This document shows, in pieces, positions 18,681 through 27,590 of a stretch of 64,000 nt of DNA. Every line of letters starts with the position of its first letter. Position 1 is the stretch's first letter. Under the pieces are notes generated by a model. The model was not told the origin of the DNA. It worked only from the letters and a program-made list of their open reading frames with translations, and searched no databases. Position numbers and translations under genes: made by a program. The stretch comes from Anaerolineae bacterium. Lineage in GTDB: Bacteria > Chloroflexota > Anaerolineae > Promineifilales > Promineifilaceae. The stretch lies in assembly GCA_034436195.1 (NCBI GenBank), contig DAOTWS010000176.1, forward strand, positions 113-64,112, read 5' to 3'.

Positions 18681-19487
18681 ATGCCTGTAACGCATCGCCT
18701 GGTGCCAGAACGGCCGATTCGACTGACCGAATTACCCACTCGTGGCCAATCGTTTTACCCGGCCGGCAAGGAAGCTGCCAAAGCGGAATTTCGCGCCTTG
18801 CGGAAAGAACTGGCCGAATTACAATACCGTTTTTATGCAGACGGCCGTTTTCGACTACTCATCATCCTGCAAGCCATGGATGCGGGCGGCAAAGATGGCA
18901 CAATTCGGCGTGTGTTCCAGGGTGTCAATCCACAAGGTGTGCGGGTCACCTCCTTCAAAGTCCCCAGCAAAGAAGAACTCGCCCACGATTTTCTCTGGCG
19001 TATTCACAAAGCAGTACCCGGCAACGGCATGATTGGCATTTTCAACCGTTCCCATTACGAGGATGTTTTAGTCGTTCGTGTGCACAATCTAGTGCCCGAA
19101 TCTGTTTGGCGGCCTCGCTACGAACAAATCAACCAGTTTGAGAAAATGCTCACCGAAACCGGCACAACCATTCTCAAGTTCTATTTGCACATCTCCAAAG
19201 AAGAGCAAAAGCAACGTTTTCAGGAACGTGTGGATAATCCGGAAAAACATTGGAAGTTTTCGCATGATGATTTGAAGAAGCGAGCTTTGTGGGATGCATA
19301 TATGGCAGCCTATGAAGAGGCCTTAAACCGGTGTACAACCCCCTGGGCACCGTGGTATGTTATTCCGGCAGACCAAAAATGGTATCGTAATCTGGCAATT
19401 GCCCGCGTGATTGTGGATACTATCAAGCAATTAGACCCTCAGTTTCCACCACCAGAAGGGGATTTAAGCCAGGTAGTTATTGAATAA
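18681..19487 (+). CDS. ppk2: polyphosphate kinase 2 family protein
   Basis: LLIILQAMDAGGKDGTIRRVF...VPSKEELAHDFLWRIHKAVPGNGMIGIFNRSHYEDVLVVRVH. RBS GGAGGAGG before the ATG at 18681. Confidence 0.9.
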   Translation: MPVTHRLVPERPIRLTELPTRGQSFYPAGKEAAKAEFRALRKELAELQYRFYADGRFRLLIILQAMDAGGKDGTIRRVFQGVNPQGVRVTSFKVPSKEELAHDFLWRIHKAVPGNGMIGIFNRSHYEDVLVVRVHNLVPESVWRPRYEQINQFEKMLTETGTTILKFYLHISKEEQKQRFQERVDNPEKHWKFSHDDLKKRALWDAYMAAYEEALNRCTTPWAPWYVIPADQKWYRNLAIARVIVDTIKQLDPQFPPPEGDLSQVVIE

Positions 19488-20033
19488 TCAGATGTCTGTA
19501 GCGGGGGTATCTTCAATTGTAGGCTGTTCTACTGGCGAGTAATGGTCATCGTTAGCAGAAACGGCCGTTTCTGGCAACTCCACCCGATATGGATCGACCT
19601 GCTGATTTCCACAAAATGGACATAAATTCCACTGTAACTCCATCAACGAATTACAGTCTGGGCATGCTTTTTTCAGGCGTGTATGACAATAGGGACACAA
19701 AATCCAGTTAGGGTGGATAACACGAGAGCAACCGGGACAAGACGGCCGTTCCTCAATTTCCTGCAACAGCGCCTCCTCCGCCAATGCCCGCTCATACGCC
19801 TCCGCCAGCGTCTCCGGTGGCCGCAAAATCAAATAAACCACCACCCCCACCACAGGCAACGCCGCCACCAACAACGCTGCCAGAAAATGCGCAAACGGGT
19901 CTCGCGACCGGGCACGCATATCCCGAAACGCCCAAATAATCAAACTCAGCCACAGCGCCACCAACAGCGCACCCAGCACAGCCGCCACAACCGTTAGATA
20001 CGAGGCCAAAGTTTCCAAAGAAGGAACGGACAT
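19488..20033 (-). CDS. membrane protein with a PLD-nuclease N-terminal-like TM domain and a double zinc ribbon
   Basis: WAFRDMRARSRDPFAHFLAALLVAALPVVGVVVYLILRP, then CPGC...CPYC...CPDC...CPFC. Confidence 0.7.
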   Translation of the reverse strand: MSVPSLETLASYLTVVAAVLGALLVALWLSLIIWAFRDMRARSRDPFAHFLAALLVAALPVVGVVVYLILRPPETLAEAYERALAEEALLQEIEERPSCPGCSRVIHPNWILCPYCHTRLKKACPDCNSLMELQWNLCPFCGNQQVDPYRVELPETAVSANDDHYSPVEQPTIEDTPATDI

Positions 20034-20096
20034 AAAAAACTCCGGTCAGGCCAAAACGACCACAAAACCAGTAAACACAGGCAAATTATAACATAC

Positions 20097-20441
20097 TCAA
20101 CTTAAGTATCGGACAAACCGATTCTGCTTATCCACCAAAATAGCTTTTGGCTCAACTGGTTTATCCGTCAGTTCAAAGCCGATAATAATCACCTCTTCTC
20201 CCGCCTTGATCAAATGCGCCGCCGCACCATTCATACAAATCTCACCAGACCCCCGCTCTCCCTCAATCACATACGTCTCCAAACGCGCACCTGACGTATT
20301 ACTGACCACCAAAACTTTTTCGCCCGGCCACAAACCAGCTTTTTCAATCAGATCGGCATCAATTGTAATACTACCAATATAGTCAACATTTGCTTCTGTT
20401 ACAGTGGCCTTGTGAATTTTAGACCGCATTACCCATCTCAT
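20097..20441 (-). CDS. panD: aspartate 1-decarboxylase
   Basis: MRSKIHKATVTEANVDYIGSITIDADL...VVSNTSGARLETYVI...ICMNGAAAHL. Confidence 0.93.
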   Translation of the reverse strand: MRWVMRSKIHKATVTEANVDYIGSITIDADLIEKAGLWPGEKVLVVSNTSGARLETYVIEGERGSGEICMNGAAAHLIKAGEEVIIIGFELTDKPVEPKAILVDKQNRFVRYLS

Positions 20442-20622
20442 GGTTCAATACATCTCCCACTCTAGTGTGATTTTTACACAAACTGCATGAGCATATCAAT
20501 AATAGTCGAGGCTGTCAACAGCACTTTTGCCCCACTTTGGCTTATCAGAAAAAGAGAATCGTTTGTTGGCAGTGCAGCCCTGTTGTAACCAACCAAACGC
20601 TTTACTGCCGTAGTCTCTGTTA

Positions 20623-21726
20623 CTATTTGGTTTGGAAAACGTTGGGATCCTCAAGATCGGCCGTAGGATCGGCGCAGGTGGTAAAGGAAAAGGCATAAAC
20701 TGCCAGGCCACGGGCGTGAAAAGTCAGGCTCAATTCGTGCTTGCCATACAGACTATTATTGACCAGTTCATACATGCGCGGCCGATCGACTAAAACGATG
20801 CTTTTGCCATTCCGGAAGGTGATGTCGCGGCCAGCATTAGCTGGATTGAGATAACGGCCGTCTTGCTTCACTTCAATCACCGGCTCACTTTCCGGTTTTC
20901 GCAAGTCCAGCACTGTCTCTACCGGGTCTGGAGATGGACTCAACACCGCGTTTACTGTCACAGCCCGGTAAGGCAACACAATACGCCCCCCACTCTTGCC
21001 CGCATAAGACATTGCCTCCGGCCATGCTCGCCAAATACCTTCCACATAAAAGTGCCCTTCTTCCCGTTCGATGCCATCCGGCCATTCATACAACACAGGG
21101 CTAAGGGGTACATATCCTTCCGGGTTACCCAGCCCTCCGGCAAATAACCCTCCCCCCCGATAACCGGCATATAGTTCGGGTGTTGGCCGATAACATGCCG
21201 CACCGGGTTGGTCTTCATCCCGAATTGGTGTGACCAGCTTGTCGGGCAATATAATGGATGGATCGCGTTGGCGTAGCAGCTGACGAATGGCGCGTTCTGT
21301 TTGCTGGTATGCACCTTCGCCCTGGCACTGGTAGCGGATGTATCCTTCTGAGTCAATGAGGTATTTGGTTGGCCATGCTTTGTTGGCGTATAGCTCCCAG
21401 TTTGCCAGATCGTTGTCGAGCAGGATGGGATAGGGAAGTTGAAAGTCGGCAACGGCCGTTTCGATGTGCATCCGAAATCTGGCAAACCGAAATTCTGGGG
21501 AGTGAACACCAATAATTACCAGCCCTTTGTCAGCATATCGCTTATGCCATTGTCGCAAATAAGGCAATGTTCGGATACAGTTAATGCAGGTGTACTCCCA
21601 AAAATCAATCAGGACAACCTGGCCGTAAAGTTGCTCCCGAGTCAACGGCCGTTCCACATTCAACCATTGCCCCGGCGCAAACTCCGGCATCCTTATGATT
21701 CGTGGTTCCAGCAATGATTGACGCAT
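20623..21726 (-). CDS. thioredoxin-like (TlpA/DipZ C-terminal-like) redoxin with a C-terminal beta-sandwich domain
   Basis: VVLIDFWEYTCINCIRTLPYLRQWHKRYADKGLVIIGVHSPEF contains a CxxC motif. Confidence 0.8.
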   Translation of the reverse strand: MRQSLLEPRIIRMPEFAPGQWLNVERPLTREQLYGQVVLIDFWEYTCINCIRTLPYLRQWHKRYADKGLVIIGVHSPEFRFARFRMHIETAVADFQLPYPILLDNDLANWELYANKAWPTKYLIDSEGYIRYQCQGEGAYQQTERAIRQLLRQRDPSIILPDKLVTPIRDEDQPGAACYRPTPELYAGYRGGGLFAGGLGNPEGYVPLSPVLYEWPDGIEREEGHFYVEGIWRAWPEAMSYAGKSGGRIVLPYRAVTVNAVLSPSPDPVETVLDLRKPESEPVIEVKQDGRYLNPANAGRDITFRNGKSIVLVDRPRMYELVNNSLYGKHELSLTFHARGLAVYAFSFTTCADPTADLEDPNVFQTK

Positions 21727-21817
21727 ATTTTTATTTTAGCACAAACAAAAACAAGGTTGGCAACTCACCACCCCACACTTACCCGATTAAGATAAGGAAA
21801 GGTTCTAATACACTTTT

Positions 21818-21925
21818 TTAGTCGTTATGCGAGTTCGATTCGTAATCATGCACCGGATCATCACCGGCAAACGGAATCAACGTAAATAATAACAAAATAA
21901 TCAAAGCGACAACAAATAAATTCAT
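21818..21925 (-). CDS. possible 35-aa small hydrophobic protein (MNLFVVALIILLLFTLIPFAGDDPVHDYESNSHND)
   Basis: Not in the ORF track because it is under 60 aa. AGGAAGG lies 6 nt upstream of the ATG at 21925. It is 91 nt upstream of the redoxin gene on the same strand. No homology evidence. Confidence 0.3.
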   Translation of the reverse strand: MNLFVVALIILLLFTLIPFAGDDPVHDYESNSHND

Positions 21926-22067
21926 CTTTTACCTTCCTGATATAATCGGGTTATACGCTTAATTATGGCTTATAACACAATTTGTCGCCTTAAGTTACCC
22001 CTCACAAAAGTTGTTAATCTTTTTACACGAACAACCTTACAACCAATCTGAGGATGCTGAAGATAAA

Positions 22068-22982
22068 ATGAAAATTGGTATTATTGGAATTGGCGCAATG
22101 GGAAGTTTATTTGCAGCCCGGCTACATGGGTTAGCTGATGTCATGATGTTGGGGCATTGGGCAGCACAAATAACGGCCGTTCGCCAACACGGCCTCACTC
22201 TCATCCACCCAGACGGCCACCAAACTCATCATCCCATCCCTATCACCAGCAACCCCACCGACATCCACAACGCCAACTTTGTCTTTGTACTGGTCAAAAG
22301 CCACCAAACAGAACAAGCCGCCCAACTGGCCTTACAAATCCTTGCACCTGACGGTCTGGCTGTCACCCTGCAAAATGGTCTGGGTAATTGGGAAAAACTG
22401 ACAACTGTATTAGGAAAAGAACGAGTGACGCTCGGCGTTACCACAGAAGGTGCCACAATTGTGGCCCCCGGTACAGTGCGCCATGCCGGACATGGCGTGA
22501 CCCACCTGGCCACTCGTCCCGAAATTGCAACACGTGTTACAACTCTGGCCCAATTATTAACACACGCAGGTTTTGAAACCCACCTGAGTGAAAATGTGGA
22601 CGGGCTGGTTTGGGGAAAGCTGGCAATTAACGCCGGAATAAACCCCATAACGGCCGTTCTACGTGTACCAAATGGCCACCTTGCCCAAAACCCACACGCC
22701 CGCACCCTCATGCAAGCCGCAGCCCGCGAAGTCGCCCAAATCGCCAGCGCCCTCGGCATCACCCTCCCCTACCCCGATGCCGGTCAACGCACCCTCGAAG
22801 TTGCCCAGGCCACCGCTGCCAACCACTCCTCCATGCTCCAGGACATATTACGCGGCGCCACCACTGAAATTGATGCCATCTGTGGTGAAGTCGTCCGCCA
22901 CGGCCAGCATCTTGGCATTCCCACACCAGTTAACCGTTGCTTGCTAGAACTCGTCAGAGCTATTCCCACCCCCGATTCATGA
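22068..22982 (+). CDS. panE: 2-dehydropantoate 2-reductase
   Basis: MKIGIIGIGAMGSLFAARL (Rossmann), LVKSHQT, and GKLAINAGINPITAVLRVPNG (ApbA/PanE C-terminal domain). Confidence 0.85.
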   Translation: MKIGIIGIGAMGSLFAARLHGLADVMMLGHWAAQITAVRQHGLTLIHPDGHQTHHPIPITSNPTDIHNANFVFVLVKSHQTEQAAQLALQILAPDGLAVTLQNGLGNWEKLTTVLGKERVTLGVTTEGATIVAPGTVRHAGHGVTHLATRPEIATRVTTLAQLLTHAGFETHLSENVDGLVWGKLAINAGINPITAVLRVPNGHLAQNPHARTLMQAAAREVAQIASALGITLPYPDAGQRTLEVAQATAANHSSMLQDILRGATTEIDAICGEVVRHGQHLGIPTPVNRCLLELVRAIPTPDS

Positions 22983-23042
22983 CCACTCCCCATCCCGCCC
23001 ATTTACCGGTACAATCAAAATACCAAAAAGACGGAGGGCAAC

Positions 23043-23888
23043 ATGATCGTTACACCTGATATTCAACAAGTTCGAAACATACGACATGCCGATCCAACAC
23101 TCACCTGGGGATTTGTCCCCACTATGGGTTATCTGCACGAAGGCCATCTCTCTTTGGTGCGACAGGCACGCGCCGAAAACGACCGGGTAGCTGTGAGTAT
23201 TTATGTCAACCCAACACAGTTTGCCCCCCATGAAGATTTAGACAGTTATCCGCGTGATCTGGAACGCGATCTGGCACTCTTGCGCGCCGAAAATGTCGAT
23301 CTGGTCTTCACGCCAGATGATTCCATCATGTATCCCCCTGATTTTCAGACTTATGTCACAGTAGAAAAAGTAACCCAACCTCTGGAAGGCGCATCTCGCC
23401 CCACCCATTTTCGCGGGGTGGCCACCGTAGTAGCCAAATTATTCAACATTGTTCAGCCAACACGTGCTTATTTTGGGCAAAAAGATGCACAACAAACGGT
23501 GGTTCTTAAGCAAATGGTGCGAGATTTGAACTTTGACCTGGAGTTAATTGTCTGCCCGACAGTAAGAGAGGCGGATGGATTGGCGATGAGCTCCCGTAAT
23601 GCCTACTTGTCACCAGCAGAGCGTAAGGCGGCCACCGTGCTTTATCGGGCGCTGAGTCAGGCAAAGGTGGCTTTTGAGCAGGGGGAACGGAATGGGGAAC
23701 GATTGCGGACATTGATGCGGGAGATCATTGAGGCTGAACCGCTGGCACGGCTGGATTATGTGAGTGTGGCTGATCGGCGCACGCTGGCAGAGCTGGATGA
23801 GGTAGGAAAGGGGGCATTGTTGTCTATGGCGGTTTTTATCGGCAAGACGCGCCTGATTGATAATATGTTGGTGGGGGAGGAGGGATAA
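23043..23888 (+). CDS. panC: pantoate--beta-alanine ligase
   Basis: GFVPTMGYLHEGHLSLVRQAR...VSIYVNPTQF...FGQKDAQQ...MSSRN. Confidence 0.95.
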   Translation: MIVTPDIQQVRNIRHADPTLTWGFVPTMGYLHEGHLSLVRQARAENDRVAVSIYVNPTQFAPHEDLDSYPRDLERDLALLRAENVDLVFTPDDSIMYPPDFQTYVTVEKVTQPLEGASRPTHFRGVATVVAKLFNIVQPTRAYFGQKDAQQTVVLKQMVRDLNFDLELIVCPTVREADGLAMSSRNAYLSPAERKAATVLYRALSQAKVAFEQGERNGERLRTLMREIIEAEPLARLDYVSVADRRTLAELDEVGKGALLSMAVFIGKTRLIDNMLVGEEG

Positions 23889-24577
23889 TGAAGCGGCAGG
23901 GTGAGTGGGTGTGGCCTGTATTGGTAGATGGGCTGACGCCGATTGTATTGGTCTGGTTATTGCAAAATACGATGTGGAAACGGCCGTCTGGTAGTCATGC
24001 GCTTTGGTTGCTGGCCGCTTACATCATTTTCTGTGTGGCGTTGCTTTCTTTGCGCAAGCTGGAGCCTGCACCTCATGCTGACTACGATTGGCTTTCGACT
24101 CGGTTACGGGGTGTGCTGGCTGTCCTTTTTGGTGTGTCGCTCTCGCTGGCATTGGCCTTCCAGTTAGGTTTTCTGGAGTCGGTCACTATTGCCAACGGGT
24201 TTGAAATGGGAGAAGGGGAATCAGCTGCTTTTTTTGTCTTTGCACCCGGCGCGTGGTTAGGCATTTCGTTGTTATATGTGATTTTTCTGGCATTTCGGGT
24301 GACGCCTACTGTCTCACAGGGTGAGAGTCGTTTTCAGTGGCGGGGGGTTTGGGGGTTGATTGGATTGCAGGGTATGCTGGTTACGGCCGTTCTCCAGGCC
24401 ACCAGCATCACCAACCTGCCGCTAAATAACTCCATCAAGATAACGGCCGTTTTTCTCTGGCTCTGCCTGCTCTTTGTGCCGCCTCGCCTCATTTACCTGC
24501 GGCGGTTCCCAAACCGTGTTGGATTGGCCACCCTACTCATTCTGCTTGCCTTCAGCGCAGTGCTGATCAGCCTCTAG
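23888..24577 (+). CDS. polytopic membrane protein, unknown function
   Basis: Six or so hydrophobic segments. The ATG overlaps the panC stop. No recognisable family. Confidence 0.6.
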   Translation: MKRQGEWVWPVLVDGLTPIVLVWLLQNTMWKRPSGSHALWLLAAYIIFCVALLSLRKLEPAPHADYDWLSTRLRGVLAVLFGVSLSLALAFQLGFLESVTIANGFEMGEGESAAFFVFAPGAWLGISLLYVIFLAFRVTPTVSQGESRFQWRGVWGLIGLQGMLVTAVLQATSITNLPLNNSIKITAVFLWLCLLFVPPRLIYLRRFPNRVGLATLLILLAFSAVLISL

Positions 24578-25926
24578 CGCCAGCTCCAAAAAGGCATGTC
24601 CCCCTCTGTTAATATATGCGGGGGCTCACCATTTACTGACACCACCACGACCTGTTCCACCCCATTTTGCAACATGGGTAAAACGAGCGCGTCACTATGA
24701 GGCGACCAAAGATGATGGCTCAGCGCATACTGGTCAAAAAATGGTAAAAATTGGTGCAAAAAAGAATTGGTAGGGGTAAATCGGGCTAATAAATTCACGT
24801 CGCCTGTATATGTATCCACAACCGAAAGGGAAAATTCGTGTGGATTGGGCTGGGCGGCCAGTTTTGTCAGGCGTCCCGATCGGCGCGCATTGATGCCATT
24901 ATCTTTGCCAGGAACGCTAATGTAGGCCAGGTAACGGCCGTCTGGCGACCAAAAGAAAGCAACGACTGTTTCCGCCGTCAGCAATGTCAGGCGATCCGTT
25001 TCCGCATCCAACAACCGCATAGGCCCCCAAAAGCTATCTGTATTCTCTTCATTGCTGATAAAGGCCAGCCGGTTATCAACCGGACTCCAGCCAAGAGCAA
25101 TCAATCCCAGGTGTTGTTGGGTAAAGAAGCTGTCGGTAGCTGTGTCTTCAACCACAAGGGCACTGACACCGGGAGAGCGTTCTTCGGCGTAGGCCAGAAA
25201 ACGGCCGTCTGGCGAAATATCAGGGGCCTGAAAAAAGCCAGGCGGCGCAATATTAACCCCACTTACTTCTCCCCCGGGCTCAATAAAAGTCAATCGCGCC
25301 GCCTCGCCAGCAAAACCGGTATGAATAAGCAATTGCTGGCTGTCTGGTGTCCAATCCCAATAAAAGGGTACCCCCAAACTGATGAGACGGCTGTTTCGCT
25401 CGGTATCATCCATCTGAATCAGGCGCAGGCCAATTCCGCCAGGATGATTGACAAGGAAACTGAGATAACGACCATCTGGCGACCAGTAAAGATAGAATGG
25501 CGCCTGAGACGTGCTATTGTAAATTGCTTCCGGTTCTGCTTCGTCCTCGTCAGATATCAGGAAAATACCACCCCCGCCTGCCTGACTACCGATCACCGCC
25601 AGAGAACGGCCGTTTGGCGACCACGCAGGAAACTGAAACCGTAAATTAAGGTCAGTCAGCACCCGTTGGTTACTCCCATCAGGCGACATTGTAACCAGTT
25701 GGCCATTGGGATTGATAAAGGCAATCCGATTAACCGCAACAGATGGCACAGAAACGGCCGTTTCCGGCTCCTCTCGCAACGACACAAACCAAAACACCCC
25801 CCCAATCCCAGAACCCAACATAGCCACAATCACCAACCCCACCACCAACACCCACCACCCCCGACGCCGCTTTGGTTCTGGTGGCTCCAGCTCCGGATAC
25901 GGCTCATAATAAAACTCAACACTCAT
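24574..25926 (-). CDS. membrane-anchored TolB-like beta-propeller (PD40/WD40-like repeats)
   Basis: Repeated WSP(D/N)GR(Y/F/S)L(A/S) motifs. N-terminal TM segment WWVLVVGLVIVAMLG. ATG at 25926 with a GGAG RBS. The stop overlaps the convergent gene (CTAG). Confidence 0.8.
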   Translation of the reverse strand: MSVEFYYEPYPELEPPEPKRRRGWWVLVVGLVIVAMLGSGIGGVFWFVSLREEPETAVSVPSVAVNRIAFINPNGQLVTMSPDGSNQRVLTDLNLRFQFPAWSPNGRSLAVIGSQAGGGGIFLISDEDEAEPEAIYNSTSQAPFYLYWSPDGRYLSFLVNHPGGIGLRLIQMDDTERNSRLISLGVPFYWDWTPDSQQLLIHTGFAGEAARLTFIEPGGEVSGVNIAPPGFFQAPDISPDGRFLAYAEERSPGVSALVVEDTATDSFFTQQHLGLIALGWSPVDNRLAFISNEENTDSFWGPMRLLDAETDRLTLLTAETVVAFFWSPDGRYLAYISVPGKDNGINARRSGRLTKLAAQPNPHEFSLSVVDTYTGDVNLLARFTPTNSFLHQFLPFFDQYALSHHLWSPHSDALVLPMLQNGVEQVVVVSVNGEPPHILTEGDMPFWSWR

Positions 25927-26125
25927 AACCCATCTCCACAAAACAGCAAAACACCCAATCCAGCGCCCCAAATCCATTCTACCACTCCCCACACCCCTCT
26001 TATACAGTTCTTGCACAGCTCTAACAATCATCTAACACGACCATCCTACATTTTAGGGTGTGCAAACTGACAACCAACAGCCAGACCAAATGGTCATTGA
26101 GCTAAAAAACAGGAGGAAACCCGGT

Positions 26126-26548
26126 ATGTGGTGGAGTGATTTTGACGACCGGCGCACAACCTTATTGCGTGAACTGGAACGTATTATGCGAGAATGGGAA
26201 CGGCCGAAAACCGCTGCTCCCGCCTACCCCGCACTCAACGTATGGGCCAACCCGGAAGGACTTATCGTCACAGCCGAACTCCCTGGCGTTGAACCAGAAG
26301 ACATCGAAATTTCCATTGTAGATCGCACCCTCACCCTTAGTGGAACACGTCGGCCAGACACCAATGGCGAAGGTATCAAATTCCATCGGCGCGAACGCGG
26401 CCACGGCAAATTCACCCGTACACTACAACTGCCCTTTGGCGTCGAAAAAGAAAAAGTAGATGCCATATTCAACAAAGGCGTACTCTCCATCATACTACCA
26501 CGCGCCGAAGCCGAAAAACCACGCAAGGTAAAAGTAAAGGCCGCATAA
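26126..26548 (+). CDS. Hsp20/alpha-crystallin small heat-shock protein 1
   Basis: LNVWANPEGLIVTAELPGVEPEDIEISIVDRTLTLSG...GKFTRTLQLPFGVEKEKVDAIFNKGVLSIILPR. RBS AGGAGG. Confidence 0.9.
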   Translation: MWWSDFDDRRTTLLRELERIMREWERPKTAAPAYPALNVWANPEGLIVTAELPGVEPEDIEISIVDRTLTLSGTRRPDTNGEGIKFHRRERGHGKFTRTLQLPFGVEKEKVDAIFNKGVLSIILPRAEAEKPRKVKVKAA

Positions 26549-26561
26549 AGGGAGGATTGCC

Positions 26562-26963
26562 ATGACAAACCAGTTTGAATACACCAAAGAAGAAGTCAAG
26601 ACGCCAGAAGGCGCAGAACGCACCCGTCCCGGACGCACTTATGTCCCTCGTGTGGACATCTACGAAACCGAAACCGAATTCGTATTATTGGCCGATTTAC
26701 CCGGCGTAGATGAAAATTCTCTCGACATCACTCTGGAAAATGATGTACTCACTTTGAATGGTCAGGTAAATTTTGAGCCGCCACAAGGGTACGATCTGGC
26801 TCATGTGGAATATGGCATTGGTGATTTCCACCGCACATTTGCCATCTCCGACAAAATCGACCGGGACAAGATTGAAGCAACAATCAAGCACGGCGTTTTG
26901 CGGCTGGTTATGCCAAAGAAGACTGGCCCCAGCACACGCAAGATTAACGTTAAGAGTGCGTAA
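26562..26963 (+). CDS. Hsp20/alpha-crystallin small heat-shock protein 2
   Basis: VDIYETETEFVLLADLPGVDENSLDITLENDVLTLNG...FHRTFAISDKIDRDKIEATIKHGVLRLVMPK. Confidence 0.9.
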   Translation: MTNQFEYTKEEVKTPEGAERTRPGRTYVPRVDIYETETEFVLLADLPGVDENSLDITLENDVLTLNGQVNFEPPQGYDLAHVEYGIGDFHRTFAISDKIDRDKIEATIKHGVLRLVMPKKTGPSTRKINVKSA

Positions 26964-27021
26964 TCATTGGGCGTTTTTTACAAGTGCGTGAAAAACCTAA
27001 ATGGAAAGGAGGAATAAGGCC

Positions 27022-27528
27022 ATGAAGATTCGGGATTTGATTCCGTGGAAACGGGAGAAACTGCCCGTTCGTGTGCGGCATGGCAATGGTGATTCCTTCT
27101 ATCCAATGCGAACAGCCATTGATCGCCTGTTTGAAGAGTTCTTGACCGGTTTTGACTTGATGCCGTTTGAAAGTAGCCTGTTGGGTACATTCAACCCGCG
27201 TGTGGATATTAAAGAAAACAAAAAAGCATTTGTTATTAAGGCTGAATTACCCGGCATGGAGCCGGAAGATGTGGAAATTACGGTTTTGCCGGATGCGATT
27301 ATGCTGAAAGGTGAGAAGCGGGTAGAAGAAGAGGAAGAGGGAACGAACTATTATCGGATGGAACGGAGTTATGGGGCGTTCTCACGGACGATCCCAATTC
27401 CAGGCGATCTGGTGGATACGGATAAGGCGGATGCTGCGTTTAAGCGGGGTGTATTGACGATTACCTTGCCGAAGCGAAAAGAGGCTGTGGAACGCACACG
27501 ACGGATCCCGGTAAAGGTGAAGAAGTAA
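27022..27528 (+). CDS. Hsp20/alpha-crystallin small heat-shock protein 3
   Basis: VDIKENKKAFVIKAELPGMEPEDVEITVLPDAIMLKGEK...GAFSRTIPIPGDLVDTDKADAAFKRGVLTITLPK. RBS AAGGAGG. Confidence 0.9.
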   Translation: MKIRDLIPWKREKLPVRVRHGNGDSFYPMRTAIDRLFEEFLTGFDLMPFESSLLGTFNPRVDIKENKKAFVIKAELPGMEPEDVEITVLPDAIMLKGEKRVEEEEEGTNYYRMERSYGAFSRTIPIPGDLVDTDKADAAFKRGVLTITLPKRKEAVERTRRIPVKVKK

Positions 27529-27550
27529 GGGGTGTTGGGATGGTTGAAAG

Positions 27551-27577
27551 CCGGCGTATGGTTACGCCGGTTTTTTT
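27551..27577. terminator. hairpin terminator between convergent genes
   Basis: Perfect 8-bp stem CCGGCGTA/TACGCCGG, 4-nt loop, TTTTTTT on the plus strand. It lies between the third Hsp20 gene (+) and the epimerase gene (-). Confidence 0.65.
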
Positions 27578-27590
27578 GTTTGGGCTGAAT

